This document shows positions 41,479 to 53,970 of a stretch of DNA of 64,000 nucleotides, in pieces. The DNA lies in NCBI GenBank assembly GCA_963707025.1, contig CAVPOM010000006.1, positions 192,001-256,000 of the forward strand, read 5' to 3'. Below the pieces are notes generated by a model, which saw only the letters and a list, made by a program, of their open reading frames with translations, did not search any database and was not told the DNA's origin. The DNA is from an uncultured Verrucomicrobiae bacterium. Its GTDB lineage: Bacteria; Verrucomicrobiota; Verrucomicrobiia; Limisphaerales; Palsa-1400. Both the position numbers and the translations under genes were made by a program. Positions within the stretch are counted from its first letter, which is position 1, and each line of letters starts with the position of its first letter.

Positions 41479-43873
41479 ATGAAATGCGTGCTCGCTCATC
41501 TCTTCTTCCGCCGCCGCATCACTTTCATCACCGCTTTGGGTGGCTTTTGCCTGAGTGGCCCCCTTCCGGCCGCCGACACCGCGGCGATCACGCCGGCCGC
41601 TGTCCTGGCCTCGATGGAACGTGTGGCCGACTGGCAGTTGGCCAACCCCAGCTCGCATAGCCGCACCGACTGGACCTGCGCCGCGGGCGACGCCGGCTTC
41701 ATGGCGCTGGCCGGCATCTCGGGCAATCCCAAATACCGCGACGCCATGCTCGCCCTCGGCGAAACCAACCAATGGCAGCCGGGAACCAGGATTTACCATG
41801 CCGACGACCATTGCATTGGGCAAACCTACACGGAGCTTTACCTGCTCTACCGCGAACCGCGCATGATCAAACCATTGCGCGAGCGTTTTGACGCGATTTT
41901 GGCCAAACCGAGCGAGGTGCGGAGCCTGGCCTTTGGGAATCCGAAGGCCACGGAAAAACTGGTCGTGGTGCGACGCGCTGTTCATGGGGCCGCCCACCTG
42001 GCTGCGCCTCTACGCCGCCACCGATGACGAGCGCTACCTGAATTTTGCCGTGACCAATTGGTGGCGCACGGCGGATTATTTATATGACAAGGAGGAGCAT
42101 CTCTTTTTCCGCGACAGCACCTACTTTCAAAGAAAGGAAGCCAACGGGAAAAAGGTCTTTTGGAGCCGCGGCAACGGCTGGGTCATGGCCGGCCTGGCGC
42201 GCGTGTTGCAATACCTGCCCATGAATCATCCCGACCGTCCGCGTTTCGAGCAAATGTTCAAGGAGATGGCAGAAAAAGTCCTGGCCTGCCAGCAATCCGA
42301 CGGCCTCTGGCGCGCCAGCTTGCTGGACCCGGCAACTTACACCCAAAAGGAAACCAGCGGCTCCGGCTTTTACACCTACGCCCTGGCCTGGGGCGTGGAT
42401 CAGGGATTGCTGGACAAGGCAGGCTTCCAACCCGCTGTCGAGAAGGCCTGGACGGCCCTGGCCGGCTGCGTGGATGCGGACGGCCGGCTGACGCATGTCC
42501 AGCCCGTCGGGGCGACTCCAAAAACCTTTGCCGAAACCTCCACCGACATTTTTGGCGTGGGCGCGTATTTGCTGGCGGGGAGCGAAGTGTATCGCATGGC
42601 GGTTCTAGCAACGGGACCTGTCGGAATTGGGAATGGGTCTTATTCAGTGAATGGGGAGATGACAGTCAAAGTTACAAATCCCTCTTCATTCAGGCGCGAT
42701 TGTGAGACCATTGAGATTAATCCAAGGGATATTCTGAAACTTTTGGCGCCGATGAAGATACCTTCAGAATCCAATTATGAGTCGCTTGGCAAAAAATATT
42801 TCCAATCCAACGGCTTCTCTGTGATGGATGGCGTTTCTTCGCGCATTTTGGATTCGCAAACTTACGCTTCAGAACCGGGACAAGTGCCGGATAAATTGGT
42901 CTTCCAAGTTGACCTCGCGCCGGACGAGACGAGGCAGGACCGTGCCATTGTGACTGGTAATCTGCCCGCCACACCACAACCCCTGATCAAGACCTTCGCC
43001 CGCTACGTCCCGGAGCGCTACGACGATTTCGCCTGGGAGAGTGACCGTATCGCCCACCGCGTTTACGGCCAGGCGCTGATCCAGGCCGAGGGGACAGTGA
43101 CCAGCGGGCCGGATGTCTGGATCAAGCGCCAGCGCGATCTTATCATTGACAAGATGTACAAGGCCAAAAAATATCACGAGGACAATGGCGACGAGATGGA
43201 TGATTACCGGGTCGGCAACAGCCGCGGCTGCGGCGGCACGGGCATCTGGGACGGCAAAAAACTTTACGTTTCCAGCAATTATCGCAATTGGAAACTCATC
43301 ACCACCGGGCCGGTCCGCTCGGAATTCGAATTGACCTACGATCCCTGGGTGGCCGATGCCGCCAGCCGCAAAGTGGCCATGACCGAGCGCATCAGCATTG
43401 ACGCCAACTCCTGGTTCAGCCGCATGCAAACCACTTTCACCAGCGACGACCCATCGCCCCTCACCGTGGCCGTCGGCCTGGCCGAGCGCCCTGGCCGCGA
43501 GAAAGCCACCTGCGACCTCCAGGCCGGCTGGGTTGCCTATTGGCAGCCGGTGGACGCGCCCAAAGGCACGATGGGGGTCGGCCTCCTGCTCAAGCCCGGC
43601 ACCGTCAGCGCCTTCACCAACGACAACCCCAATCTGCCCGCCAGCGCCTTTACGCCGCTGACCAAGCCCTCCGTGGAAGGCGCGCCGCCCATCCGCAACA
43701 TGCTGGCCATCACCCGCGCGGAAGTGGGCCAGCCGCTGGACTATTATTTTGGCGCCTGCTGGGACCGCAGCGGCGATTTTACCAATGCCGCCGGCTGGGA
43801 AAGTTACGTCAAGCAAATGGCCGCCTGCCGCGCCCAACCGCTGGTGGTCATGGTCACCGTGGCAGGCAAGTAA
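41479..43873 (+). CDS. GH105 unsaturated rhamnogalacturonyl hydrolase fused to a DUF4861-like domain, frameshift near 41955
   Basis: YHADD, WSWCDALFM, FWSRGNGW, ETSGS; C-terminal ERYDDFAWESDRIAHRVYG. Confidence 0.85.
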
Positions 43874-43880
43874 AAAGGCA

Positions 43881-43962
43881 GTGCCTTAATTTGGTGTAGA
43901 GTCGAGCCTGTGGCTCGACTTCGGCGCATAGCGCCGACACTACAACAACGAAATTAAGGCGC
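43881..43962. repeat. REP-like palindromic element (GTAG...CTAC) inside a 12-bp outer inverted repeat; may also act as a terminator
   Basis: GTGCCTTAATTT / AAATTAAGGCGC; TGTAGAGTCG / CGACACTACA; inner hairpins AGTCGAGCC-GGCTCGACT and TCGGCGC-GCGCCGA. Confidence 0.8.
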
Positions 43963-44071
43963 GACCAATAAATACAATGGCTGGCTAAAAGCGCCGTTCC
44001 GGTGCAAGATTCCGTCCTCGGCCGCGTATGGGGATGTGAATGGCAGCGACCGCTTAAAATTATTGGAACTT

Positions 44072-45334
44072 ATGAACACCACCCAATCCCCGGCCCGTAA
44101 ACTTGGCTTCGTCCTCGGCAGCGTCCTTGCGGGGGCGCTCACCGGATGCACCACCTATGTGGAGGAACGCCCCCCCGCGGTCTATGTCGCCCCTGAGCCG
44201 GCCCCGGTCTATGTCGCACCCGCGCCCGCGCCCGTCATCGTGGAAACGCCCGCCGCGCCGCCCGTGGTGGTGATTCAGACAGAAGCGGACTTCTATGAGC
44301 CGCTGACGCCCTACGGCCGATGGGTGGACAGGCCCGATTATGGACGGGTCTGGGTGCCAGGCGGCGTGGCGGCGGATTGGCGTCCTTACTCCAACGGCCA
44401 CTGGGAACACACGGAGGCCGGCTGGTTTTGGGCCAGCGATGAGCCTTGGGCCTGGGCCACTTACCATTATGGCCGGTGGGATAACTCCCCCGATCTGGGC
44501 TGGTATTGGGTTCCACAGACGCAATGGGCGCCGGCCTGGGTGGCCTGGCGGAGCGGCGGCGGCTTCACTGGCTGGGCGCCGCTGCCCCCGCCGCCCCGGA
44601 TCGAACGCGGCATGCGCCGGGAGGTGGATGTCAACGCCATCGCGTCCCGTTCCTTTGTCTTTGTCGAGGAACGCCGCTTCACCGAACCGCTCCGAACCTC
44701 GACCGTCATCGCCAACAATGTCCAAATCGCCAGCAGGACGGTCATCATCAACAACACCACCATTGTCAACAAGACCGTCCTCAACCCCGGCCCGCCGCTC
44801 GCCGCCATCGAGAAGGCCGCCGGCCACCCCGTCCCGGCCGTCGCGGTCCAAGACCTGCGCCACACCGCGGAGGCGCATGTGGCCGCGCCGCGCGCAGCCG
44901 CTCCGCCTGCTGCTCTGCCTGCCGCCCCGCCGCGCCCTGCCGCTCCTCCGGCTGCTGTCCGTCCCCCTGCTCCCAAGGCCGCCGAAAACCGTCCCGCTCC
45001 TCCGTCGGCCACGCCCAAACCCGCTGTCGCGGAAACCAGCCGGCCCAAGCCGCCTTCCGCCGGGCCTGTCCGTGCCGGCGCGCCGCAACCAACCCCGGCC
45101 AAGCCGGCGCAAGTCCGTCCCACTCCCCCCGCGGCCACGCCCAAACCCGCCGTCGCCGAAACCGGCCGGCCCAAGCCGCCGTCCGCCGGGCCTGTCCGTG
45201 CCGGCGCGCCGCAACCAACCCCGGCCAGGCCGGCGCAAGTCCGTCCCGCTTCGCCGCCAGCCAAACACGGCGCCCCGGAAAAACCGGAAAAGCCGGAGCC
45301 CAAGGACGAAAACAAGAAACCCGGCCAGCCCTAG
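44072..45334 (+). CDS. lipoprotein with Trp-rich DUF6600-like domain and Pro-rich tail
   Basis: LTGC lipobox, YGRW, WRPY..GHW, WAPAWVAWR, GWAPLPP; 126-bp tandem duplication at 45008 and 45134. Confidence 0.8.
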   Translation: MNTTQSPARKLGFVLGSVLAGALTGCTTYVEERPPAVYVAPEPAPVYVAPAPAPVIVETPAAPPVVVIQTEADFYEPLTPYGRWVDRPDYGRVWVPGGVAADWRPYSNGHWEHTEAGWFWASDEPWAWATYHYGRWDNSPDLGWYWVPQTQWAPAWVAWRSGGGFTGWAPLPPPPRIERGMRREVDVNAIASRSFVFVEERRFTEPLRTSTVIANNVQIASRTVIINNTTIVNKTVLNPGPPLAAIEKAAGHPVPAVAVQDLRHTAEAHVAAPRAAAPPAALPAAPPRPAAPPAAVRPPAPKAAENRPAPPSATPKPAVAETSRPKPPSAGPVRAGAPQPTPAKPAQVRPTPPAATPKPAVAETGRPKPPSAGPVRAGAPQPTPARPAQVRPASPPAKHGAPEKPEKPEPKDENKKPGQP

Positions 45335-45377
45335 GCCCGGAGCCAACTGGCCACAACTCGTCCAGAAAGAATACGCT

Positions 45378-45596
45378 ATGAGAAAATACCTTGTCCCAGC
45401 CACGCTCGCCCTTTCCGCCATCCTTTTGTTTGGCGGCTGTGTCGGAGGATTAAACCTGGGCGGCGGCACCAAAACGGAAGTCAGAAACCCCACTCTGGGC
45501 CAGCAACTGATTGATCTGCAAAAAGCCCGCGATTCCGGCGCCATCACCCCGGCCGAATACGACGCCAAGAAAGCCGAGTTGCTCACCAAGAAGTGA
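45378..45596 (+). CDS. small SHOCT-domain lipoprotein
   Basis: FGGC lipobox; TLGQQLIDLQKARDSGAITPAEYDAKKAELL. Confidence 0.85.
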   Translation: MRKYLVPATLALSAILLFGGCVGGLNLGGGTKTEVRNPTLGQQLIDLQKARDSGAITPAEYDAKKAELLTKK

Positions 45597-45621
45597 GCCG
45601 GACAAGCCGCCCGGCCGTCCA

Positions 45622-45725
45622 GCGCAGCCGTCGCGCCGGCGGGTTACAGCGGCGTCCCGCCGCGATGGCCCAACACCATTGCCGGGCGGGACGCCGCGTG
45701 AACCCGCACTCCAGGACGCCTGCGC
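45622..45725. repeat. REPIN-like long imperfect palindrome
   Basis: GCGCAG / GCGGGTT / GCGGCGTCCCGCC mirrored by GGCGGGACGCCGC / AACCCGC / CTGCGC. Confidence 0.75.
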
Positions 45726-45764
45726 CCCCCAACTTACGGGCAGATAATTGTTCGGAATGAACGC

Positions 45765-45793
45765 TTGACATAATTTGAACACAGGTTTAGATT
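45765..45793 (+). promoter_or_regulatory. sigma70-like promoter for the signalling cluster
   Basis: TTGACA-N17-TAGATT. Confidence 0.6.
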
Positions 45794-45886
45794 TTTAGGC
45801 TGATCACACCGGATTGGTCCATCGGCCAATCCCCAAGGGGCAACGCGGGGTGTCTCTGTGAGGGTTTATTTCAAACTTGGAGCAGG

Positions 45887-47602
45887 TTGCAGGGATGGCG
45901 GGATATGAAATCGGGAGTAAGAAGGGACGACATGTTTGGGGCCGGGAAAAATCGCCGTCGGCGAAAGGCGACCCTGCCGCGTGCTTCGCTTTCGGGCCTA
46001 AAGGCGGCTCGTGATGAAGGCGCGATCAGGAGGAAGAATCCAGGCGCGCACCAGCCCGGTCAGGACACACACCACCTCCGTGACATCACCAGGCGCGAGC
46101 AGGCCTTGCGGTCCGCTTCGGCCTACACGCGCAGCCTCATCGAAGCCAGCCTCGATCCCTTTGTCACCATCAGCCCGGCGGGAAAGATTACCGACGTGAA
46201 CGGGGCCTCGGTACAGGCCACCGGCGTGCCCCGCGAGAAACTCATCGGCACCGATTTCTCGGATTATTTTACGGAGCCGGCCAAGGCGCGGGAGGGCTAC
46301 CGAAAGGTGTTCTCGGAAGGCCTGGTGCGCGACTATCCTCTGGCTATCCGGCACGTCTCGGGCCGCGTCACCGAGGTGCTCTACAACGCCGCCGTCTATC
46401 GGGACGGAATGGGCCAGGTGCTGGGCGTCTTTGCCGCCGCGCGCGACATTACAAAACGCAAGGAGGCGGAGCAGGCCTTGCGGTCCGCTTCGGCCTACAC
46501 GCGCAGCTTGATCGAAGCCAGCCTCGACCCGTTGGTCACCATCAGCGCCGAGGGCAAGATCACCGACGTGAACGAGGCCTCGGTGCAGGCCACCGGCGTG
46601 CCCCGCGACAAACTCATCGGCACCGACTTCTCGGATTATTTCACCGAGCCGGAGAAGGCGCGCGAGGGCTACCGGCGCGTCTTCTCGCAAGGCTTCGTGC
46701 GGGACTATCCCCTGGCCATCCGCCACCGGTCGGGGGCCATCACGGAGGTACTCTACAACGCCAGCGTGTTCCGCAATGAGCAAGGCCAGGTGCTGGGCGT
46801 CTTTGCCGCCGCGCGCGACATTACCGAACGCAAGCGGGCGGAGGCGCAGGTTCAGCAGCTCAACGCCGAACTGGAGCAGCGCGTCCGCGAACGCACCGCC
46901 GAACTGACCGCCGCCAACAAGGAACTGGAAGCCTTCTCCTATTCCGTTTCGCATGATTTGCGCGCCCCGCTGCGGCACGTCGCCGGTTTTGCCGATCTGC
47001 TGGCCAAGGCCGCGGGGCCTGGGCTGCAGGACCGGAGCCGGCATTATCTGGAAGAAATCCTGGACTCCGTCAAACAGATGGGCTGCCTGATTGACGATTT
47101 GCTGCTTTTCTCCCGGATGGGGCGCGCCGAGATGCGGCTCGAAGCGGTGGACCTGGAGGCGCTGGTGAACGACGCCAGAAAACAGCTCGAGCCGGAAAAC
47201 AAAGGCCGGGACATTCGCTGGAAGCAGAGCGCCCTCCTCCCAGTGCAGGCAGACGGGGCGCTGCTGCGGCAGGTCCTGTTCAATCTGCTGTCCAATGCCT
47301 TGAAGTACACCCGTCCGCGCCAGCCGGCGGAGATTGAAATCGGATGCGACGGCAGCAGCCCGGAGGAAATCGTCGTGTTCGTGCGGGACAACGGAGTCGG
47401 CTTCGACATGGCCTACGCCGACAAGCTCTTTGGGGTATTCCAACGCCTTCATTCAGACAAGGAGTTCGAAGGCACGGGCATCGGCCTGGCCAGCGTGCGG
47501 CGCATCATCGCCCGGCATGGCGGGCGGACCTGGGCCGAAGGCAAGGTCAACGCGGGCGCCACTTTTTATTTCTCATTACCGAAAAACCCATCATCCACAT
47601 AA
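45887..47602 (+). CDS. PAS-PAS sensor histidine kinase (start uncertain)
   Basis: Two near-identical PAS repeats, SYSVSHDLRAPLR, NLLSNALKY, GTGIGLA. Confidence 0.88.
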   Translation: MQGWRDMKSGVRRDDMFGAGKNRRRRKATLPRASLSGLKAARDEGAIRRKNPGAHQPGQDTHHLRDITRREQALRSASAYTRSLIEASLDPFVTISPAGKITDVNGASVQATGVPREKLIGTDFSDYFTEPAKAREGYRKVFSEGLVRDYPLAIRHVSGRVTEVLYNAAVYRDGMGQVLGVFAAARDITKRKEAEQALRSASAYTRSLIEASLDPLVTISAEGKITDVNEASVQATGVPRDKLIGTDFSDYFTEPEKAREGYRRVFSQGFVRDYPLAIRHRSGAITEVLYNASVFRNEQGQVLGVFAAARDITERKRAEAQVQQLNAELEQRVRERTAELTAANKELEAFSYSVSHDLRAPLRHVAGFADLLAKAAGPGLQDRSRHYLEEILDSVKQMGCLIDDLLLFSRMGRAEMRLEAVDLEALVNDARKQLEPENKGRDIRWKQSALLPVQADGALLRQVLFNLLSNALKYTRPRQPAEIEIGCDGSSPEEIVVFVRDNGVGFDMAYADKLFGVFQRLHSDKEFEGTGIGLASVRRIIARHGGRTWAEGKVNAGATFYFSLPKNPSST

Positions 47603-47606
47603 AATT

Positions 47607-48114
47607 ATGATCGCACTCAAACGCATTCTCCTGGTTGAAGACAACGGCAAAGACGTTCGAACTGACTCTCGGCGCGCTGCAAGAACATCGGCTGGCCAAC
47701 GAGGTCGTGGTCGCCCGCGACGGCGTTGAAGCGCTGGATTATCTCCATGCCCGCGGCAAGTTCGCCGGACGCAGCGATGGCAATCCGGCGGTCGTGCTGC
47801 TGGACATCAAAATGCCGCGGATGGGCGGGCTGGAGGTATTGCGGCACGTCAAAGCCGACCCGGATTTGAAGAGCGTCCCGATTGTGATGTTGACCTCCTC
47901 GCGGGAGGAACCCGACTTGCAGGAGGCCTACCAACTGGGGGTCAATGCCTACGTGGTCAAACCGGTGGATTTTCAGCGGTTCACCGACGTGGTCGGCCAG
48001 GTCGGCGCCTTCTGGGCCGTCGTCAACGAACTGCCGTCGCATTTAAGGAGGGAAAAAACTTCGCCGCCCATCGGCGAAGTCATTTCCCCCCGGAAACAAA
48101 AAGGCCAACAATGA
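47607..48114 (+). CDS. single-domain response regulator (Rcp-like), frameshift near 47655
   Basis: ILLVEDN then LLDIKMP, MLTSSREE, AYVVKPVDF. Confidence 0.85.
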
Positions 48115-49661
48115 AATCCCCGCTCCACATTTTGCACCTGGAGGATAATCCAAAAGATGCCCAGATCGTTCAATCCGCCCTGGAAGACGCGGGCATTTCT
48201 TGTGCGGCCACCCGTGTGCAAAACCAGGATGATTTTGTGGCGGCCCTCCAACGCGGCGGCATTGACTTGATCCTTTCCGACTGCGCGCTGCCCGGCTTCG
48301 ACGGGATGTCGGCGTTGAAAATCGCGCAGGCCAACTGGCCGGCCATCCCGGTCATCTTCGTCTCTGGCACGCTGGGTGAGGAACGGGCCATTGACTCGCT
48401 CAAGAGCGGCGCGACGGACTATGTGCTGAAGGATCGTCTGAGCCGCCTGGTTCCGGCCGTGCGCCGGGCCATGCAGGAAGTCGAAGAACGGGCCGAACGC
48501 CGCCGGCTGGAGGCGCAGTTTGTCGAAGCGCAAAAGATGGAAGTCATCGGCCAGCTCGCCGGCGGCATGGCCCATGACTTTAATAATATCCTCTTCGTCA
48601 TCATGAGTTACAACGATTTGATAACCCGGGGCCTGGCCCAGGACAGTCCCCTGCACACCTACAGCGATGAGATCCGCCACGCCACCGAACGCGCCGCCGC
48701 CTTGACCCGGCAACTGCTCATCTTCAGCCGCAAAGAAAACGTGCAGCCCGTCGTCCTGGACCTCAATGACGTGCTCAAGGACCTGGACAAAATGCTGCGG
48801 CGGTTCATTGGGGAAAACATCGAATTGACCATGGTTCCCGGCCGGGACATCGCCTGCGTCAAGGCCGACCCCGGCCATGTGGGGCAAGTGCTGATGAACC
48901 TGGTCGTCAATGCCCGCGATGCCATGCCCAATGGCGGCAAGCTGAACATCGCCACCCGGAATGCCACCCTGGATGAAAACTACCCCCGCGCCCACCCCGG
49001 CGTCGTGGCCGGCCACTACGTCAGGCTCAGTGTCAGCGACACCGGAACCGGCATGAGCGATGAAGTCAAAGCCCATTTGTTTGAGGCCTTTTTTACCACC
49101 AAGCCCAAGGGCAAGGGCACCGGTTTGGGCCTGGCCACCTGTCAAACCATCGTCCAGCAATCCGGCGGCCATATCGGCGTGGACACTGAGCCGGGCAAAG
49201 GCACCACCTTCCAGGTTTATTTTCCGCAGGCCCGTCAGCCGCGCGCGGCCGCGGCCAGACCGATCCAGACCGGGCCGTTGCCGCGCGGGGCGGAAACCTT
49301 GCTGGTGGTGGAAGATGAACCTGCCGTCCGGCACCTGGCTCGCGACATATTGAAAGCCCAGGGTTATGGGGTGGTGTCGGCCGCCAACGGGCAGGAGGCC
49401 TTGCAGGCGGTGCGCGATCATCAAGGAGCGCCTATTCGCTTGGCCATCACCGATGTCATCATGCCGCGGATGGGCGGCAAAGTGATGGCGGAGTGGCTGC
49501 ATACCACTTATCCCGATCTGAAAATCCTCTTCACCTCCGGTTACATGGATGACGCCATTACGCAAGACGGCGTCTTCGAGCCGGGCGTCGCCTTTCTGCC
49601 CAAACCCTACACCCCGGCCGTCCTTGTCCACAAAGTGCGGGCGATGTTGGACGGCAAATGA
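48111..49661 (+). CDS. REC-HK-REC hybrid histidine kinase (CckA-like core)
   Basis: [27 protein letters not shown], two receiver domains. Confidence 0.92.
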   Translation: MKSPLHILHLEDNPKDAQIVQSALEDAGISCAATRVQNQDDFVAALQRGGIDLILSDCALPGFDGMSALKIAQANWPAIPVIFVSGTLGEERAIDSLKSGATDYVLKDRLSRLVPAVRRAMQEVEERAERRRLEAQFVEAQKMEVIGQLAGGMAHDFNNILFVIMSYNDLITRGLAQDSPLHTYSDEIRHATERAAALTRQLLIFSRKENVQPVVLDLNDVLKDLDKMLRRFIGENIELTMVPGRDIACVKADPGHVGQVLMNLVVNARDAMPNGGKLNIATRNATLDENYPRAHPGVVAGHYVRLSVSDTGTGMSDEVKAHLFEAFFTTKPKGKGTGLGLATCQTIVQQSGGHIGVDTEPGKGTTFQVYFPQARQPRAAAARPIQTGPLPRGAETLLVVEDEPAVRHLARDILKAQGYGVVSAANGQEALQAVRDHQGAPIRLAITDVIMPRMGGKVMAEWLHTTYPDLKILFTSGYMDDAITQDGVFEPGVAFLPKPYTPAVLVHKVRAMLDGK

Positions 49662-49662
49662 C

Positions 49663-52600
49663 ATGCGACCTAACCCTCATCTTTGGCCTTCTGTCTTTTG
49701 GGTCCTGTCCTATTGGAAACCGTCGCGCCGGGAGAAGGGTTTCCCTTCTTCGCAAAAGGTATTGCTGCTGGCGGCGATCATGTTATGCACGGCCCGGTTC
49801 TGCCTGGCTGCTCAGGAGGCCTTCCCCGCCGCGGCCGTGCCGGTTTCCGTCCCGCCTCCCGTTCTCACCAACGCCATCCAAGTGCTGGAACTGCCGGCGG
49901 ATCAACTGGCGCTGTCCAACCATGTGAGGCTGCGCGGCGTGATGACGTTCGTGGACCCGGGCGCCAGGTACGGCTTCGTGCAGGATGAAACCGCCGGCGC
50001 GGCCGTGTTTTGGACCAATCGCCTGCCTCCCGCCGCCGCCGGACAATTGGTGGAGATGGAGGGGAGAGTGGATGCCAATGTTTACGCCCCCACCATAAGC
50101 CGGCCGGTTTTCCACCAAATCGGGCCGGGCGAGTTTCCCAAGCCGCTCAAGGTTTCCTTCCCCGATTTGTGGGCCGGACGGGCCGATTGCCAATGGGTCG
50201 AGGTGGACGGGTTGGTTCGTTCGGCCACGATGATGACCAATGATTTCCTGGTTTTGGAGGTCGCCATGGGCCGGGCGCAGAGACTGGGGGTTTCGATTCT
50301 CTCGACAAACAAACTGGATGCCTCCGGCTGGGTCAACTCGCGGGTCCGCATCCATGGCGTAGCCTGTGGATCCTTCAACAGCAAAGAGCAATTTATCACC
50401 GCCGAATTGCTCGTGCCCTCCATTGACCAGGTCACGATGCTGGCGGCGGCCCCGTCAGACCCCTATTCGCTTCCCCTTACTCGCCTGGCTTCGTTGGGTC
50501 ATAGGGCGGAGAAACGGGCGGGGGAGCAAATTCATATCCAGGGTGTGGCGACGTTGCTGCTGCCGGGCGAGGCCTTGTTCGTGCGCCAGGGAACCAACAG
50601 CATCGAGGTGCGCACCTCGGAGATGGGCGGCGCGAAACCGGGGGACCAAGTGGATGTCGTCGGTTTTTATGAGAAAACGGACCACGCGCTGATCATCGAG
50701 GACGGGAGTTTTCGCCGTCTGGCCGCCGGACCGCCGCCGATCCCTTTGGCGGTGACAATGGATGAAATTGCCAGCGGCCGGATTGACGCGGAATTGGTGA
50801 CGATCCCTGCCAAGGTGTTGGAGTGGCGGCACGGGCCGTCGGAACGGGCCATCATGTTGCAAGGGACAAACCATGTCATTTTCAAAGCGCGGCTCAACAA
50901 CGCCAATAACATCATCGAGTTTCCCAGGGGCAGCCGTCTGCGGGTGACGGGCGTCTGCTTGATCGCGGTGGATCAAAACCTGGATGTGCGCTCCTTTGAA
51001 TTGCGCCTGCGCTCGGCCGAGGATCTGGTGTTGTTGCAGCGCCCGGCCTGGTGGACGCCAGCGCGCATTCTTTGGGTGCTGGGAGCCTTGGCAGCGGGGG
51101 TGGCCACGACTTTGGGGTGGGTCTGGTTCTTGAAGCGCGCCAATGTCCGCTTGGAGCGGCGCGTGGCCGAGCGCACGGCGGAATTGGCCAAAGCCAATTT
51201 GGCGCTCCAAGTGGAAAACGCCGCGCGCAAACGCATCGGGGAACAACTTCGCGTGCAGGCCACCGCGCTCGATGCCGCCGCCAATGCCATCGTCATCACC
51301 GACCACCACGGCGCCATCCTATCCGTTAACCCCGCTTTCACGGCTCTGACCGGCTACACCGCACAGGAAGCCGCCGGACAAAACCCGCGCTTCCTCAAAA
51401 GCGGCAAACAAGGTGAGGCCTTCTATCGAAATCTCTGGCAGACCATTTCCGCCGGCCAAGTCTGGCGGGGGGAACTGACCAACCGCCGCAAGGACGGCAG
51501 CCTTTACCACGAAGAGATGACCATCACTCCGTTGCGGAACCCCGACGGCACCATTGCGCGCTACATTGCCATAAAACACGACATCTCGGAGCGCAAGCGG
51601 GCCGAGGAGGAGCTCAAATTCAAGAGTGTCATCCTGTCCACACAACAGGAAGTCTCTATTGATGGCATCCTGGTGGTTGACGAGAACGGCGCCGTCCTGT
51701 CGTACAACCGCCGGTTTGTCCAGATGTGGGGCATCCCGGCGGAGTTGATCGAAAAGAAAGTGGACAAGCTCCTGCTGGACTTTGTGCTCGACCAGTTGGC
51801 GGATGCCAAGTCGTTCCTCCAGCGCGTGCAATACCTTTACCAGCACCGGCGGGAGATTAACCGGGAAGAAATCCTGCTGAAGGACGGCCGCGTCTTTGAC
51901 CGCTACTCGGCCCCCATGCTCGCAGCCGATGATCATTACTACGGCCGCGTCTGGTCTTTCCGCGACATCACCGCGCGCCAGCAAGCGGAGGAAAAGCTGA
52001 AGTTGTTCCGCGCGCTGATTGAGCGCTCCAACGAGGGCATCTACGTGGTGGATCCGGCCACGGGACGCTTCCTGGATGCCAATGAGAGCGCCTACCAGGC
52101 GCTGGGTTACACGCGCCAGGAGTTGCTGGCGTTGACGGTGTTCGAGGTGGCGGCGGGGGTTGACCGCGCCATGTTCGAGGCCGGCAACACGAAGATTGAA
52201 AAAACGGGCCATGCCACGATGGAAGTCCTGCACCGGCGCAAAGACGGCACCACCTATCCGGTGGAAGCGGGCCTGTCGTTTGTCACGCTCGACCGCACGT
52301 ATCAGGTGGCCATCGTGCGCGATATCACCCAACGCAAGCAGTTGGAGAATGCCGTGCGCGCCAGCGAGCAGAAATTCAAGAGCCTCTTCGAAGACTCCCG
52401 CGACGCCATCATGACTTTCGAGCCTCCTTCCTGGAAGTTCACCTGCGGCAATCCGGCGGCGATCAAGATGTTCGGGGCTAAAAACGAGGAGGACTTTATT
52501 TCGCACTGTCCCTGGGACCTTTCTCCCGAGCGCCAGCCAGACGGGCGCGCTTCCGCTGAAAAAGCCAGGGAGATGATTGAGAAAGCCATGCGCCGAGGCT

Positions 52601-53970
52601 CCCCCTTCTTCGAGTGGACGCACCGGCGGATCGGCGGCGAGGAGTTTCCCGCCACCGTGCTCATCACCCGGATGCAGACCGGCGAGAAGTTGTTCCACCA
52701 GGCAACCGTCCGGGACATTACCGCCAGCAAACAGGCCGAAGCAGCCCGGGACCGCATGATTGCCATCCTGGAATCCACCACCGACATGGTTGGCACGGCC
52801 GATCCCGACGGCCGCTGCACCTACCTGAATCGCGCGGGCCGCGATCTGCTGGGCATGGGTCCCGAGCAGGACATCAGCACCACCCACATTTCCGAGTTCC
52901 ACGCCCCCGATGGTGCGGCTTCGGCGGAGGCCATTGCGACGGCCGTGCGCCAAGGCGTTTGGAGGGGAGAAACGGTCTTATTAAGCCGGGGCGGAAAGAG
53001 AATCCCGGTTTCTCAGGTTATCATCGCCCACAAAAACCCCGGCGGCAAGCTCGAGTTCATCTCCACCGTCGTCCGCGACATCTCCGGGCAGAAGAAAGTG
53101 GAGGCGGAAATGGAGAATATCCACAAGCAACTGGTCGAATCCTCCCGGCTGGCCGGCATGGCCGAAATCGCCACCAACGTGCTGCATAATGTCGGCAATG
53201 CCCTCAATAGCGTCAACATTTCCACCGACTTGATCGTGGATGGCGTCAAGAAGTCCAGGGCATCCAGCCTGGCCAGAATTGTGGCGTTGCTCCAAGAACA
53301 TGCCCACCACTTGGGCGAGTTTATGACCAGTGACCCCAATGGACGGCATGTGCCCGCTCTTTTGGCCCGGCTCTCCGAACACCTGGCGGCTGAACAGGGG
53401 AAAATCACCGGCGAATTGGATTCTTTGCGGCGGAACATCGAGCACGTCAAAGACATCGTGGTCATGCAGCAGAACTACGCCTCCGTCGGCGGCATCAAGG
53501 AAAAGATAGACCTGGCCCATCTGGTGGAAGACAGCCTGCGTCTGAACGAGGATGCCTTGAGCCGCCACGGCGTCAAGGTCGTCCGCCAATTGGAAACGGT
53601 GCCGCTCCTGAACCTGGACAAACACAAAATCCTGCAAATCCTGGTCAATCTGGTGCGCAACGCCAAATACGCCTGCGATGAGTCGGGGCGCGCGGACCGG
53701 CGCCTGACAGTGCGCCTGGCCAATGGGGATGGCCGGGTCAGGATATCCGTGATGGATGATGGCATTGGCATTCCACCGGAAAACCTGACCCGCATGTTCA
53801 ACTACGGCTTCACCACCCGCAGCGGTGGCCACGGCTTCGGTCTGCATAGCAGCGCCCTGGCGGCCAAGGAAATGGGCGGAGCGTTGACCGTTCAAAGCGG
53901 CGGCCCCAGCCAGGGCGCCACCTTCACCCTGGAACTGCCTTGTCCAACGCGGGAGAAAACTCATGCATAA
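49663..53970 (+). CDS. membrane sensor histidine kinase with extracytoplasmic domain and five PAS domains
   Basis: TM segment after PAWWT, repeated RDIT/HDIS PAS ends, VLHNVGN, GHGFGLH. Confidence 0.9.
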   Translation: MRPNPHLWPSVFWVLSYWKPSRREKGFPSSQKVLLLAAIMLCTARFCLAAQEAFPAAAVPVSVPPPVLTNAIQVLELPADQLALSNHVRLRGVMTFVDPGARYGFVQDETAGAAVFWTNRLPPAAAGQLVEMEGRVDANVYAPTISRPVFHQIGPGEFPKPLKVSFPDLWAGRADCQWVEVDGLVRSATMMTNDFLVLEVAMGRAQRLGVSILSTNKLDASGWVNSRVRIHGVACGSFNSKEQFITAELLVPSIDQVTMLAAAPSDPYSLPLTRLASLGHRAEKRAGEQIHIQGVATLLLPGEALFVRQGTNSIEVRTSEMGGAKPGDQVDVVGFYEKTDHALIIEDGSFRRLAAGPPPIPLAVTMDEIASGRIDAELVTIPAKVLEWRHGPSERAIMLQGTNHVIFKARLNNANNIIEFPRGSRLRVTGVCLIAVDQNLDVRSFELRLRSAEDLVLLQRPAWWTPARILWVLGALAAGVATTLGWVWFLKRANVRLERRVAERTAELAKANLALQVENAARKRIGEQLRVQATALDAAANAIVITDHHGAILSVNPAFTALTGYTAQEAAGQNPRFLKSGKQGEAFYRNLWQTISAGQVWRGELTNRRKDGSLYHEEMTITPLRNPDGTIARYIAIKHDISERKRAEEELKFKSVILSTQQEVSIDGILVVDENGAVLSYNRRFVQMWGIPAELIEKKVDKLLLDFVLDQLADAKSFLQRVQYLYQHRREINREEILLKDGRVFDRYSAPMLAADDHYYGRVWSFRDITARQQAEEKLKLFRALIERSNEGIYVVDPATGRFLDANESAYQALGYTRQELLALTVFEVAAGVDRAMFEAGNTKIEKTGHATMEVLHRRKDGTTYPVEAGLSFVTLDRTYQVAIVRDITQRKQLENAVRASEQKFKSLFEDSRDAIMTFEPPSWKFTCGNPAAIKMFGAKNEEDFISHCPWDLSPERQPDGRASAEKAREMIEKAMRRGSPFFEWTHRRIGGEEFPATVLITRMQTGEKLFHQATVRDITASKQAEAARDRMIAILESTTDMVGTADPDGRCTYLNRAGRDLLGMGPEQDISTTHISEFHAPDGAASAEAIATAVRQGVWRGETVLLSRGGKRIPVSQVIIAHKNPGGKLEFISTVVRDISGQKKVEAEMENIHKQLVESSRLAGMAEIATNVLHNVGNALNSVNISTDLIVDGVKKSRASSLARIVALLQEHAHHLGEFMTSDPNGRHVPALLARLSEHLAAEQGKITGELDSLRRNIEHVKDIVVMQQNYASVGGIKEKIDLAHLVEDSLRLNEDALSRHGVKVVRQLETVPLLNLDKHKILQILVNLVRNAKYACDESGRADRRLTVRLANGDGRVRISVMDDGIGIPPENLTRMFNYGFTTRSGGHGFGLHSSALAAKEMGGALTVQSGGPSQGATFTLELPCPTREKTHA

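Noticed and set aside
45800..45880. Riboswitch or ncRNA in the leader of the kinase cluster
   Set aside because: One hairpin (GGATTGG...CCAATCC) is visible but no recognisable family motif; an Rfam search would be needed.
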